Positions 37,989-47,764 of a DNA stretch of 64,000 nt are shown here, piece after piece (the first letter of the stretch is position 1; each line of letters starts with the position of its first letter). Origin of the DNA: Candidatus Heimdallarchaeota archaeon. Its GTDB lineage: Archaea > Asgardarchaeota > Heimdallarchaeia > Hodarchaeales > Hodarchaeaceae. The position numbers and the translations under genes are program-made. The DNA lies in the NCBI GenBank assembly GCA_011364965.1, contig RDOB01000002.1, forward strand, positions 224,001 to 288,000, read 5' to 3'. A model generated the notes under the pieces. The model saw nothing but the letters and a program-made list of their open reading frames with translations. It made no database searches and was not told the DNA's origin.

Positions 37989-39824
37989 TTAATCTGCGAA
38001 GAGGATTTCATCCCATGGTTGTCGATATAAACCAGCGCGCTGACGTTTTTGATCAAAGATATGCCCCATCATACCTATAGATCGTCCAAGGACAAATAAT
38101 CCGTTGAGTATCTCTGCGTCAATGACATCTTGCTTTTCTTCTTCAGTTAAATCTAGATTTTCCATTAAATCAAGGAAGCATATTCCGATACATCCATCAA
38201 CATTTAATATCAAATTATTCCTTTTTTGCGTAGTTAGTTTTTCGACTTCCAGAGCAAAATCCAGATAAGGATGTTTAGGAAACCTGGTGAACACAAATTC
38301 CTTCAATAGTTTAACCCTTACATCAGGATTATTAACAGATTTTATTCTGTGACCAATCCCAGGAATATTTATTTGAATGACAGTTTTCATATGATCAATG
38401 AATTCTTGTGGATGCATTCCTTTATCTCGGGCTTCTTTGAAGTACCTTGCTGCATCGGATATTGCTCCGCCGAACCGTGGACCTATTGTAAGAATACCTG
38501 ATGTGAGTGAGGACATTAGATCCTTACCCGCTCGGGCCGTGATTATTGCATTATGGGCTCCACTAACAGCTGGTCCATGATCAGCTGTTAGCTTTACGAC
38601 CATTTCAATATAATCTTGTGCAAAATCGGGTAATTTCTTTTTGAACCAAAGTAAACCTATAACATATCCTAAAGACATATTTTTTTCAATAATGGTGTCT
38701 AATCCCACTCCTGAAAACAGTGGAACGTCACCTCGATCGTCAGAAATTGTAACAACTACATCAGTTGGTCTTCTCACTAATCCAAGTTTATTTGCCATTG
38801 TATAGTCCATCGGAAGAGATGGAGGTTCGAAATCTTCTATAGGATCAATTTTTCCCTCTACTTGGAGTTTTTCAAATGTTTCTTTTATTTTATCACCAAA
38901 ATCATCATAGGAATTTGGTACGATAACTCCAACTTCCCTAAGGGCTTTATTTTTTGCATCTGCTGTTTCTTTTTCACTTCCCGCCATAGCTCCAGCATGT
39001 CCAAATTGTAGACCTTTGGGTAAAATTTTTGCTGCAGTTCCTGTAACCCATAACACGAGAGGTTTCGTTATTTTCCTATCTTTGACAGCTTCGACAATAT
39101 TCCATTCATCAAGTCCCCCGATTTCTCCCAAACATACTAACATCTTAATTTTTGGATTCGCTTCGAATCGAAGAAGGTGTTCTAGTAGAGTAGCACCAGG
39201 ATATCTATCTCCTCCGATAGCAATTCCTTCATAAATTCCATCTGTGTTTTGAGAAACTGTAAAGTACATCTCGTTACTTAATCCACCAGATTTTGAAACA
39301 AATCCCACTGAACCTGGTCGATATAATTTTGAAAGAACAATATTTTCTATTGTTCCTGCAGTATTACCGATTTTGAATGCTCCAGCTTTTATTCCTCCAA
39401 CAGTGGCTGGTCCAATTATCATTTTATTTTTACTCTTTGCAATTCGAACTAAATCTCGACTTTGCCGTTCTGGTATACCTTCAGCAATAATTACTAATGT
39501 ACGGATGGTTTCTGATTCTAATGCTTCTTTACTAGTTGAGTAGGCTGATCGGAAAGAAGAGAAATTTATTATCACATCAGCATCAGCGTGGTTTTTCATT
39601 GCTAAATTTAATTTCTTGTAGATTGGGATAACGATTTCTTTGCTCCCCCAAAAAACCTTATGATATCCAATTGCTCCATCTTGTGTTGGTCGAATAATAG
39701 CTGCAACAGATGGTGTGTTTCGTTTAGAAACAAAATCAAAATCAAGCATACGTTGAATGGCATTTGCTTGAAGGCCATAAATAATAGCTTTTGTATTCCT
39801 ATCAAATAATTCATAGTCTTCCAT
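37989..39824 (-). CDS. aclA: ATP citrate lyase alpha subunit (CoA-binding plus citryl-CoA lyase)
   Basis: RMLDFDF, GPATVGG, QFGHAGA (phospho-His), ADHGPAVSGAHN, GIGHRIKS and LNVDG. Confidence 0.95.
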   Translation of the reverse strand: MEDYELFDRNTKAIIYGLQANAIQRMLDFDFVSKRNTPSVAAIIRPTQDGAIGYHKVFWGSKEIVIPIYKKLNLAMKNHADADVIINFSSFRSAYSTSKEALESETIRTLVIIAEGIPERQSRDLVRIAKSKNKMIIGPATVGGIKAGAFKIGNTAGTIENIVLSKLYRPGSVGFVSKSGGLSNEMYFTVSQNTDGIYEGIAIGGDRYPGATLLEHLLRFEANPKIKMLVCLGEIGGLDEWNIVEAVKDRKITKPLVLWVTGTAAKILPKGLQFGHAGAMAGSEKETADAKNKALREVGVIVPNSYDDFGDKIKETFEKLQVEGKIDPIEDFEPPSLPMDYTMANKLGLVRRPTDVVVTISDDRGDVPLFSGVGLDTIIEKNMSLGYVIGLLWFKKKLPDFAQDYIEMVVKLTADHGPAVSGAHNAIITARAGKDLMSSLTSGILTIGPRFGGAISDAARYFKEARDKGMHPQEFIDHMKTVIQINIPGIGHRIKSVNNPDVRVKLLKEFVFTRFPKHPYLDFALEVEKLTTQKRNNLILNVDGCIGICFLDLMENLDLTEEEKQDVIDAEILNGLFVLGRSIGMMGHIFDQKRQRAGLYRQPWDEILFAD

Positions 39825-39839
39825 AAAAATCTACTCCGT

Positions 39840-41120
39840 TCAAATCTCCTCTAAGGCCAGTGGAACAATTCGAGTCATGTGCGTATATCTATCAAATACT
39901 TTGATAGGAACACCTACTTCTTTACCCACTTGTTTCATTAGTTCTAATCCTTCTTTTTCATTTGGTCCACCTCGACGAACATAGATTTTCACATTCGCCT
40001 TTTTTAATTGTTCAGCAGACTTCCTGATTGCAGATACTATTCCTGTGAACGTCGCTTTGACATCAGTAAAATTAGCGATTCCTCCACCGATTATGAGAAT
40101 CTTAGGTTTCCCTTGTGGATCTGGTTTTTCAGTTATTAGATCTATTATTGTCTTTGCATACATCTCAGTATGTTCACGACTTGGATCACCACTATATTCT
40201 CCATAATTCGCTAGTTGATTTCCATATCCTAAATCGACTATTGTATCAGTATAAATAACTGATGCTCCTCCTCCCGCCACCATTGTCCAAATGCGGGCAT
40301 CTCTGTTCAATATTCGAAGTTTTAAAGAAGCACCAGTCTGTTCATCGATTGATTGAATGAATTCCTCTTCTTTCGACATTTTTTGTCCAAAAGCAGGCGG
40401 GAATTGAACAGGAGAAGCAAGGTTTCCCCAAGTATCTTGATGTAGAAAAGAGGCAGTATCATCTAGCTTTGCTTTGAGATCTAAAGGGACAATTTTTTTA
40501 TCATCTGTTATAGCAAAAGGATTTATTTCAAGAAAAGCGAAGTCTTGATCAACATAGACCTGAAATAACCCTTTAATAAATGGAATTAAGACATCAGTTA
40601 AATCTCCAAGATTGGGAAGTTTATTTGTTACATTAAATGAATTAATATCTGTACCAATTGGAATAGATACATGCGTTACTTTATCCCAGTTTTCCTCAAC
40701 GTAAATTCCACCTTGAAAACTGAAATGAATGATGTCATTATTTCTATCAGATGTGAAAGATATATAATACTCCTTGGAGTGAGGTACAAAGGGTTCTACT
40801 AAAATTCTCTCTAATATACCTTTTGTATTTCCTACTTCTAACTCTTTACCAATTTTTTCTTTCACAAAGGCTTTTAGTCCTTCGAAATTAGCATTTAGTA
40901 AAAGCAAGCCTGCTTTACCTCGTTTACCAAATAATTGATCTGGTTTTGCTGCTAATTTTTCATTTTTAAGCCACGGATTTCTATTTGCAAGATCATCAAG
41001 GTTTGTATCCGGAGTAATTACAAGTAATTTGCTATGGTACTCATACGTTGGAAAATACTTGATTAACTGAGATGCAAGCAATTTTTTTGCATCATATTCG
41101 TAAATACTTTTCTGAGCCAA
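39840..41120 (-). CDS. aclB: ATP citrate lyase beta subunit (ATP-grasp)
   Basis: KPDQLFGKRGK, IWTMVAGGGASV, NYGEYSG, GGGIANFT and RRGGPN. Confidence 0.95.
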   Translation of the reverse strand: MAQKSIYEYDAKKLLASQLIKYFPTYEYHSKLLVITPDTNLDDLANRNPWLKNEKLAAKPDQLFGKRGKAGLLLLNANFEGLKAFVKEKIGKELEVGNTKGILERILVEPFVPHSKEYYISFTSDRNNDIIHFSFQGGIYVEENWDKVTHVSIPIGTDINSFNVTNKLPNLGDLTDVLIPFIKGLFQVYVDQDFAFLEINPFAITDDKKIVPLDLKAKLDDTASFLHQDTWGNLASPVQFPPAFGQKMSKEEEFIQSIDEQTGASLKLRILNRDARIWTMVAGGGASVIYTDTIVDLGYGNQLANYGEYSGDPSREHTEMYAKTIIDLITEKPDPQGKPKILIIGGGIANFTDVKATFTGIVSAIRKSAEQLKKANVKIYVRRGGPNEKEGLELMKQVGKEVGVPIKVFDRYTHMTRIVPLALEEI

Positions 41121-41201
41121 AAAGGTTCCTCCTTGGTTTATTTTTCCATTTTAAATTCATTTTTAATTCTTTACTTTTCAAAACAAAAGGATAAATTAAG
41201 A

Positions 41202-43157
41202 TTATAAGTTGTGTTGCACGGTGTGGGTTAATTTTCCGCCAGCAATTATGATCTCTCTTTCCCTTTTAGAAAGAAAATCAAAATTAGCCTCATAATCTGA
41301 GTTCTGAGTTACATTATGCACTATGATTTTATTGTTATTGCTCATCAATGCCCTTCTAATTCCCATGATATTCAAAATGTCATTTGGTTTAATTTGATCA
41401 AAATCTCGAGGATTAAGAAACGTTAATGGTAGAATTCCGAAGTTTACTAAATTATCCTTATGTATCCGAGCAAAACTTTTAGTGAGGACCGCCTTGATAC
41501 CTAGGTACATTGGAGCTAGAGCTGCATGTTCTCTTGAAGAACCTTGGCCGTAATTATCTCCTCCAATGATAATTCCTCCACCATTTTCTTTTGCTTCCAA
41601 AGCTCGGGATGGAAAATCTTCATCTACCTGTTTAAAAACATATTTGGAGATCTCGGGAAGATTAGAACGTAATGGAAGAATTTCTGCGCCTGCAGGCATA
41701 ATGTGATCAGTTGTGATATCATCTTCCACTTTGATTAATACTCGAATATTAGTAATATTGTCTGGCATTGGTGAAAAATCTGGTAGTGGGGCAATGTTTG
41801 GTCCACGAATGATTTCGACCTCTTTGGGATCAGAAGCGGGTTCTAAAATCATTGAATCATCAATCTCAATTGTACTTGGAAAAGTAATATTGGGATAATC
41901 CCCAAGGTTTTTTGGATCTGTGAATTCACCAAATACTGCTGCCGCAACAGCTACTTCGGGGCTAACTAAATATATTTCTGCACTGTCTACCCCACTTCGA
42001 CCAAAGAAATTCCGATTAAATGTCCGAACTGAAACACCATTTGAATTTGGAGCAAATCCCATTCCTATACATGGTCCGCAGGCTGATTCTAAAATTCTAG
42101 CGCCTGCTGAAATCATGTCAGTTAATCCTCCACTTTGTGCAAGATATGCTAGTACCTGTCGAGAACCAGGCGAAATTCCAAGAACAGTTTCATTCGAGAT
42201 TTTACGTCCCTTTAGCAGTGCGGCCACGATTAACATATCTTTTAGTGAACTGTTAGTGCATGAACCTATTGCTACTTGGTCTACTTTTTTGCCATATAAT
42301 TCTGATAATGGAACTACATTACCAGGAGAGTGTGGTTTAGCAACAAGAGGTTCTAAGCTTGAGAGATTAATTTCAATTATTTCATCATAATCTTTTTCTA
42401 ATCCTTCGGGAATCTCTATCCAGAGATCTTCGCGTTTTTGGAGTTTTAAAAAAGAACGTGTGATTTCATCGGATGGGAAAATTGATGTTGTTGCGCCTGT
42501 TTCTGCTCCCATGTTTGTAATTGTAGCTCTTTCAGGAACACTTAATGTTTTTATACCTGGTCCAAAGTACTCCAAAATGCTTCCAACTCCTCCTTTAACT
42601 CCAATCCTTCTTAATATTTCTAATATAACATCTTTTGCAGTTACATATGAGGGAAGAGATCCTAATAGCTTAACTCCGATGATTTTGGGCGTTTTTATAT
42701 AAAATGGGCCACCTCCCATTGCTACTGCCACATCAAGTCCACCTGCCCCAATAGCAATTTGCCCCATCCCACCTGCTGTAGGAGTATGAGAGTCAGAGCC
42801 GATTAAAGTTTTTCCAGGGGCGCTGAATCGTTCTAAAAAGACCTGATGACAGATACCATTTCCTGGCCTAGAAAATTTTATTCCATACTTTTTCGCTACA
42901 CTCTGGAGGTAGCGGTGATCATCTGGGTTTTTGAAATCGGTTTGAAGAGTGTTATGATCTACAACACTTACAGATAATTCTGTTCTTACCTTTTCGAGTT
43001 TCATGGCTTCGAATTGGAGATAAGCCATTGTTCCCGTTGCATCTTGAGTAAGTGTATGATCGATTCGAATTCCGATCTCTTTACCCTTTTCGTAAGTACC
43101 CTCTATGAGGTGTTCCTTCAAAATTCTTTCTGCAATACTCGTCATTTGGCGAGACAC
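41202..43157 (-). CDS. acn: Aconitate hydratase (short type)
   Basis: QDATG, GICHQ, DSHT, IGSCTN, CGPCIG, TTDHI and GQGSSREHA. Confidence 0.95.
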   Translation of the reverse strand: MSRQMTSIAERILKEHLIEGTYEKGKEIGIRIDHTLTQDATGTMAYLQFEAMKLEKVRTELSVSVVDHNTLQTDFKNPDDHRYLQSVAKKYGIKFSRPGNGICHQVFLERFSAPGKTLIGSDSHTPTAGGMGQIAIGAGGLDVAVAMGGGPFYIKTPKIIGVKLLGSLPSYVTAKDVILEILRRIGVKGGVGSILEYFGPGIKTLSVPERATITNMGAETGATTSIFPSDEITRSFLKLQKREDLWIEIPEGLEKDYDEIIEINLSSLEPLVAKPHSPGNVVPLSELYGKKVDQVAIGSCTNSSLKDMLIVAALLKGRKISNETVLGISPGSRQVLAYLAQSGGLTDMISAGARILESACGPCIGMGFAPNSNGVSVRTFNRNFFGRSGVDSAEIYLVSPEVAVAAAVFGEFTDPKNLGDYPNITFPSTIEIDDSMILEPASDPKEVEIIRGPNIAPLPDFSPMPDNITNIRVLIKVEDDITTDHIMPAGAEILPLRSNLPEISKYVFKQVDEDFPSRALEAKENGGGIIIGGDNYGQGSSREHAALAPMYLGIKAVLTKSFARIHKDNLVNFGILPLTFLNPRDFDQIKPNDILNIMGIRRALMSNNNKIIVHNVTQNSDYEANFDFLSKREREIIIAGGKLTHTVQHNL

Positions 43158-43200
43158 CTTTAAATTTTCTTATTAAAATCCTATTAATGCCTTCGTTGAC

Positions 43201-43233
43201 CGAATATGGGCATATACAGTCACGCCCATATCG
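43201..43233 (-). promoter_or_regulatory. GC-rich stem-loop 44-76 nt upstream of the aconitase start
   Basis: Minus strand AUAUGGGCGUG-ACUGUA-UAUGCCCAUAU; the stem extends via G-U pairs only on this strand. Confidence 0.5.
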
Positions 43234-43262
43234 TTGAAATGGATTATTTATTGTTATCGTAT

Positions 43263-43307
43263 TTACAATGTAAGCTACAATATTACAATCGAATTACAAG
43301 ATTACAG
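43263..43307. repeat. Five tandem (T/C)TACA(A/G) motifs, including palindrome TTACA-A-TGTAA, in the acn/larA divergent promoter
   Basis: Copies start at 43263, 43275, 43283, 43294 and 43302. Confidence 0.55.
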
Positions 43308-43419
43308 AAAAATTGGCCAAAATCTCTCTAATTCTTATGAGCGAAACATTCATAATTTTTCCTCTTTGTGTGTTTTTTCAAGTGAAAAAGCCGCATTACA
43401 TCCAAGGTGAACTCAGTCA

Positions 43420-44817
43420 GTGAAGGGTCTAAACAGCTTTGTGTTATTCTATGGCGACCAGAAAATTACGGATTTTTTACCCTCTTTTTCAGGAACTGTG
43501 AAATTATTAGAACCTATAGAATACAAATCCCTGATAAACAGTGAGAACATGCAGCAAGAGTTTTATCGTGTCCTTAATTCCCCAATAGGATTCAAAAACT
43601 CTTTCAAGGATTTAATTCATTCAACTGTGATTGGAACAGCTAAAAAACTCGTGATAATCGTTGATGATATTACTCGACCAAATATTCACACTAAAATTTT
43701 GCTTCCAATATTATTAAATTACCTCAATGAACTTGGAGTAAGCTCTCAAGTTATGATCATGGTTGCAAATGGAACTCACTCAATGCCCACCTTAGATCAA
43801 ATTGCAACTAAAGTAATTGGCCTTCCCTTTTTTCATAAAGTGAAAAAATTAATTGAATTGCACAATTGTGACAAAAATATAGAGTACGTTGGACAAACGA
43901 GTCGTGGTACGCCCATTTATATTAATAAGTATGTTTTGGATGCAGGATTAATCGTACCATTAACTGATTCAGAGTATCACTGGTTTGCGGGACAAGCAGG
44001 GACTGTAAAATCATTATGCCCTGGGGTCGCAGGAAGGAAAACAATTCAGTATAATCATCCAATGATGTTTGATCTTCAAATTGGATTCAAAGAAAGTATC
44101 AAGCTTGGGGTAACTGATGGAAATCCAGTCATTGAAGATATGAAAGAAATTGTTTCATTGTTAACCAAAGATCATATAATTTTTGGTATTGATACTATTG
44201 TTAATAACAATCAGATTGTTTATCTACAAGCTGGAGATCTATTAGCTCTGCATCATCTTGCTAAAGAACCATTAAGAGAGCTCCGTGTTGTCCCTGTTAA
44301 ATCAGAAGGAGATATTGTTATTATCAGTCCTGGTAATCTGGGGTTGAATTTATATCAGACGGGTAAAGCTTTTCATGCTGGTTGGCATGCTGTCCGAAAA
44401 GATGGAAGAGGTAAAATTATAGTATTAGCCCCGTGCACTGAAGGACATGGAAATCAAGCTTATTACGAAGCTATGTTGAGTTGTGAATCGTTATCAATTG
44501 AAGAAGCGTTGAAGTATTGTATTAATACTTATTGTTCAGTGGATAGTTTTAAAATAGGAAATCAGAAACCAGTGGATCTTCTTCGTATAATTAAGGATGT
44601 TGGGGAAGGAAACTTGAGTGTGATAACAGAGATGGATAAAAACATACTCCAGAGGGTTTTTAGAATTAAAGCTCTTAATCCAGAGGGCAATTTTGTATCT
44701 AATTGTCTTAAAACAGAACTTTCAACTTATTTACAAAACACTAAAAATGTAATCATATATTTGATAAAAGACCCAGGTATATTAGTGGAACCGAACCAGA
44801 TTAATCAGAGAGTTTGA
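43420..44817 (+). CDS. Lactate racemase (LarA) family protein
   Basis: IIVDDITRP, ANGTH, HNCD, HWFAGQAGTVKSLCPG and NLYQTGK. Confidence 0.85.
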   Translation: MKGLNSFVLFYGDQKITDFLPSFSGTVKLLEPIEYKSLINSENMQQEFYRVLNSPIGFKNSFKDLIHSTVIGTAKKLVIIVDDITRPNIHTKILLPILLNYLNELGVSSQVMIMVANGTHSMPTLDQIATKVIGLPFFHKVKKLIELHNCDKNIEYVGQTSRGTPIYINKYVLDAGLIVPLTDSEYHWFAGQAGTVKSLCPGVAGRKTIQYNHPMMFDLQIGFKESIKLGVTDGNPVIEDMKEIVSLLTKDHIIFGIDTIVNNNQIVYLQAGDLLALHHLAKEPLRELRVVPVKSEGDIVIISPGNLGLNLYQTGKAFHAGWHAVRKDGRGKIIVLAPCTEGHGNQAYYEAMLSCESLSIEEALKYCINTYCSVDSFKIGNQKPVDLLRIIKDVGEGNLSVITEMDKNILQRVFRIKALNPEGNFVSNCLKTELSTYLQNTKNVIIYLIKDPGILVEPNQINQRV

Positions 44818-45430
44818 TCGTCATTTCTAGTCCATTCGGTAAAAAAGGAATGGTTACACTAGAGCAATTTGTTAGACGTTGAAAATAATCTACCAAATCC
44901 TCGCATACTTCTGGATTTTCTTTGTGAATATGAGGACAGTCGAGAATATTATCAGATAATATAATTCCTCCAATCTTAAGCTTTGGAAGTAGTAATTCAA
45001 TGAAATTAATGTAATCTTGCTTATCCGCGTCTAAGAAAACTATATCAATCCTTTTTTCAAGTTTTGGAATCTCTAAGAATGCATTCGAAGTTATTATTTC
45101 AACATAATCCTCTAATTCTGCTTTCCTTAAATTAAGACGGGCAATACGAGCTTTCTCCTCAATTAATTCATATGTGATGACTTTCCCTCCATTTGGTTTT
45201 GCAGCAGCTCCCAACCATATTGTGGAATAACCAAATGATGTTCCTATCTCTATGATGGTTTTAGCTTGGGTAGCAATTACAAGATTAAAAAGGAATTGTC
45301 CCTCTTCAGGAGTAATGGCCAAAGACCTTTTAATCATGGGAATATGCTCCCCAGCTTCTTCTATCTTAATTTCTACTTCTCTTTGGTCTTTTAATTCCGA
45401 TAGAATTTTGAGAATATTCTCAGAAATCAT
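44801..45430 (-). CDS. O-methyltransferase (class I SAM-dependent)
   Basis: IEIGTSFGYS, FLDADK and GGIILSDN. Confidence 0.92.
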   Translation of the reverse strand: MISENILKILSELKDQREVEIKIEEAGEHIPMIKRSLAITPEEGQFLFNLVIATQAKTIIEIGTSFGYSTIWLGAAAKPNGGKVITYELIEEKARIARLNLRKAELEDYVEIITSNAFLEIPKLEKRIDIVFLDADKQDYINFIELLLPKLKIGGIILSDNILDCPHIHKENPEVCEDLVDYFQRLTNCSSVTIPFLPNGLEMTIKLSD

Positions 45431-45707
45431 TCATACCACCAGATCCCCTATAAATGAGTAAATTATAGATCTATCAAGCTACCAGTTTTACCTTTCCTAT
45501 AATAATTCATTGATCCTATTCCCGAATTTAAAAGTTTAAAAGGGGGATTGGGATTACAAGAAGAAAAGAAAAAAGGAGTATATAGAATCCCTTCTCCCGC
45601 CCTTAGATAATATTTAGTAAGATCTACTATCGTATTTAGAGATTTAAGGAGAAAAGAAATAAGGAGTTCAGAGAATAAATTTCTCATCTTGATTATTTAT
45701 ACTGGTA

Positions 45708-46052
45708 GTGTTTTCTATGGTAAGTTTTTGTGAAAATTGCGGATCATTACTAGTTCCTGAAAGAAATGGTTCTGGAAAAATCACCTTAGTCTGTAAAATT
45801 TGTAAGAAAGAGTCGAAAGAGAAATTTAGAGATTCCTCTTATCAGATTTCTAGTAAAATAAAACACACAGAGAAAGATCTTCTAACCGTTATTGAAGAAG
45901 ACTTCGATATCCGTCCTATTACCAAAGTTGGTTGTCCTAGATGTAATAATAACGAAGCTAGATATTGGGAAGCAGAAGACCGTAGGAAAGAAGAATGGGA
46001 AACAACGACATATTATAAATGTACCAAATGTGGCTGGGTTTGGTCTGAATAA
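45708..46052 (+). CDS. Transcription factor S (TFS/RpoM)-like protein
   Basis: Two Zn ribbons: FCENCGSLL..CKIC and CPRC..YYKCTKCGWVWSE. Confidence 0.88.
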   Translation: MFSMVSFCENCGSLLVPERNGSGKITLVCKICKKESKEKFRDSSYQISSKIKHTEKDLLTVIEEDFDIRPITKVGCPRCNNNEARYWEAEDRRKEEWETTTYYKCTKCGWVWSE

Positions 46053-46066
46053 ATACCGATCTAAGA

Positions 46067-46750
46067 TTATATAAGAGGATTCGGGGGAAATTTAATAGTT
46101 AAAAGATCCTCAATCTTTTTTCGTAGTTCTAAGAATGAATAACCTTCGTTACGAAGAGTTAAATCAAAATTTTTCTTATCACGAAAGGAAATTTTGTAAA
46201 TTCTTTCCAAACGAGTACCATCAGTCTTATCACGATGCTTAATACGCTTTACTAATTCCTCTTGATCCATGTTAAATTCCGCTCTAGTTGGGTCATGTGA
46301 AATTCTGTAAGCTATTACTTTTGCTGCCACCTCAAGCCAGATTGTGAGTCCATTTTGTCCGATAGCAAATGGAGCCATTCTTCCTACAAATATTCCTCCT
46401 TCTAATAAAGCTGTTTTTAAAGCGTGTTTCTCTATCTCAATATCAACTTTTTCAGCAAACTGTTTATCCTGCGTTTCTTTGATATGATTCATAAATTCGT
46501 CTAATCTTTTCTCTTCCCAGCCTGATTCTATTGCAATTTTTCTAACAAACTCTCCAGCTCCTGTAATTTTCAAATCCATAGCATGCTGTTTAAGGAAAAA
46601 CTCATGCACAAATCTAGCTACAGTATCCTTACCCGTTCCCGAAAATCCTCCAATAGCGATAATCGGGGTTTTTCTTGATAAAATTTGCGGTTTAAACTTT
46701 TTAAAAAGCTGTAATTCATAATCTCTCAAAAGAGGGATATAGGTACCCAT
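46067..46750 (-). CDS. cmk: Cytidylate kinase-like protein (archaeal type)
   Basis: IAIGGFSGTGKDT, AGEFVRKIA, GRMA and RDKTD..R..RIY. Confidence 0.8.
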   Translation of the reverse strand: MGTYIPLLRDYELQLFKKFKPQILSRKTPIIAIGGFSGTGKDTVARFVHEFFLKQHAMDLKITGAGEFVRKIAIESGWEEKRLDEFMNHIKETQDKQFAEKVDIEIEKHALKTALLEGGIFVGRMAPFAIGQNGLTIWLEVAAKVIAYRISHDPTRAEFNMDQEELVKRIKHRDKTDGTRLERIYKISFRDKKNFDLTLRNEGYSFLELRKKIEDLLTIKFPPNPLI

Positions 46751-46765
46751 TAGGAGTTCATCGAC

Positions 46766-47545
46766 CTATTTTCCAAATTCGGGCTTTCTTTTATTTAAAA
46801 AGGCATCCACACCTTCTTTCATATCATTATGTGCAAAGCACAGAGCAAAAAGTTCTAACTCCATTCTAACTGCATCAGATATGGCCATTTGTGTACCTCG
46901 ATTTACAGCTTCTTTTGCCATATTTAAAGCAAACGAAGGTCCTTCAGCCAAATTTTCAGCGAGTTTTTGAACAACTGAATCCAATTCTTCTTGGGGAACA
47001 ACTTTGTTTACAAGATTAACTTCATAAGCTCTCTTTGCATTAATATTATTACCAGTAAATATCAATTCCTTAGCGATTCCTGTCCCTACAATTCTTGATA
47101 ACCGCTGAGTTCCTCCGGCACCTGGAATAAGCCCTAATTTAATCTCTGGTTGACCAAGGATAGCTGTTTCACTAGCAATCCTAATATCAGCTCCCATCGC
47201 TAATTCTAAACCTCCTCCTAAACAATAACCGTTTATTGCTGCAATTACTGGCATTGGAAGATCCTCTAGCATGTTGATTACAGCTTGAAGATTTAAAACG
47301 AGATTACGAATGGTAACTGGAGTTTTGTTTTTAAATGCAGTGATATCAGCTCCAGCTACGAATGCTTTAGTACCAGCACCCTTTAAAATCACCACTCTAG
47401 TATCAGATGATTTTTTGATATCATTAAGGCAAAAAATCAATTCCTCAATGGTTTCTAAATTTAGAGCATTCAGGGCTTTTTCTCTATTAATAATTATGGT
47501 TGTAATATTATCCTCTGTCTTTACAATTAGATTTTTGTACTCCAT
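46766..47545 (-). CDS. Enoyl-CoA hydratase/crotonase
   Basis: AFVAGADI, GGGLEL and QPEIKLGLIPGAGGTQRL (both catalytic Glu). Confidence 0.95.
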   Translation of the reverse strand: MEYKNLIVKTEDNITTIIINREKALNALNLETIEELIFCLNDIKKSSDTRVVILKGAGTKAFVAGADITAFKNKTPVTIRNLVLNLQAVINMLEDLPMPVIAAINGYCLGGGLELAMGADIRIASETAILGQPEIKLGLIPGAGGTQRLSRIVGTGIAKELIFTGNNINAKRAYEVNLVNKVVPQEELDSVVQKLAENLAEGPSFALNMAKEAVNRGTQMAISDAVRMELELFALCFAHNDMKEGVDAFLNKRKPEFGK

Positions 47546-47764
47546 GAAAAGACCTCTGACTATTAAATAGGTGATACTCCCAAAGTGAAATTTAGTTTAA
47601 AATTCTCGTGTCCCACTTATTTTGAAATAAAAGGAACTTTATAATTCAATTATCGGTTTTAAATTCCTTTGTCCAATTAGATTCTTACAAAAATTTATCT
47701 AGTTGCTACTTTTCTCGAAAAACTTTAAATTTGAAGATTTTTTATGAATTTGTTTTACTAAATT

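Noticed and set aside
41713-42702. Long antisense ORFs within aconitase, and similar ones in lactate permease, gpmA, aclA, ACD and rfcL
   Set aside because: Shadow ORFs opposite well-supported genes.
36735-43157. Claim of autotrophic reverse TCA cycle
   Set aside because: ACL alone is insufficient; the other rTCA enzymes are not in this window.
43201-43233. Canonical iron-responsive element or tRNA fragment
   Set aside because: The loop is not CAGUGN on the mRNA strand, there is no C bulge and no cloverleaf; kept only as a generic hairpin.
45463-45687. 74-aa minus-strand ORF in purine/pyrimidine-skewed DNA
   Set aside because: No motif and composition typical of intergenic DNA; overlaps the likely divergent promoter region.
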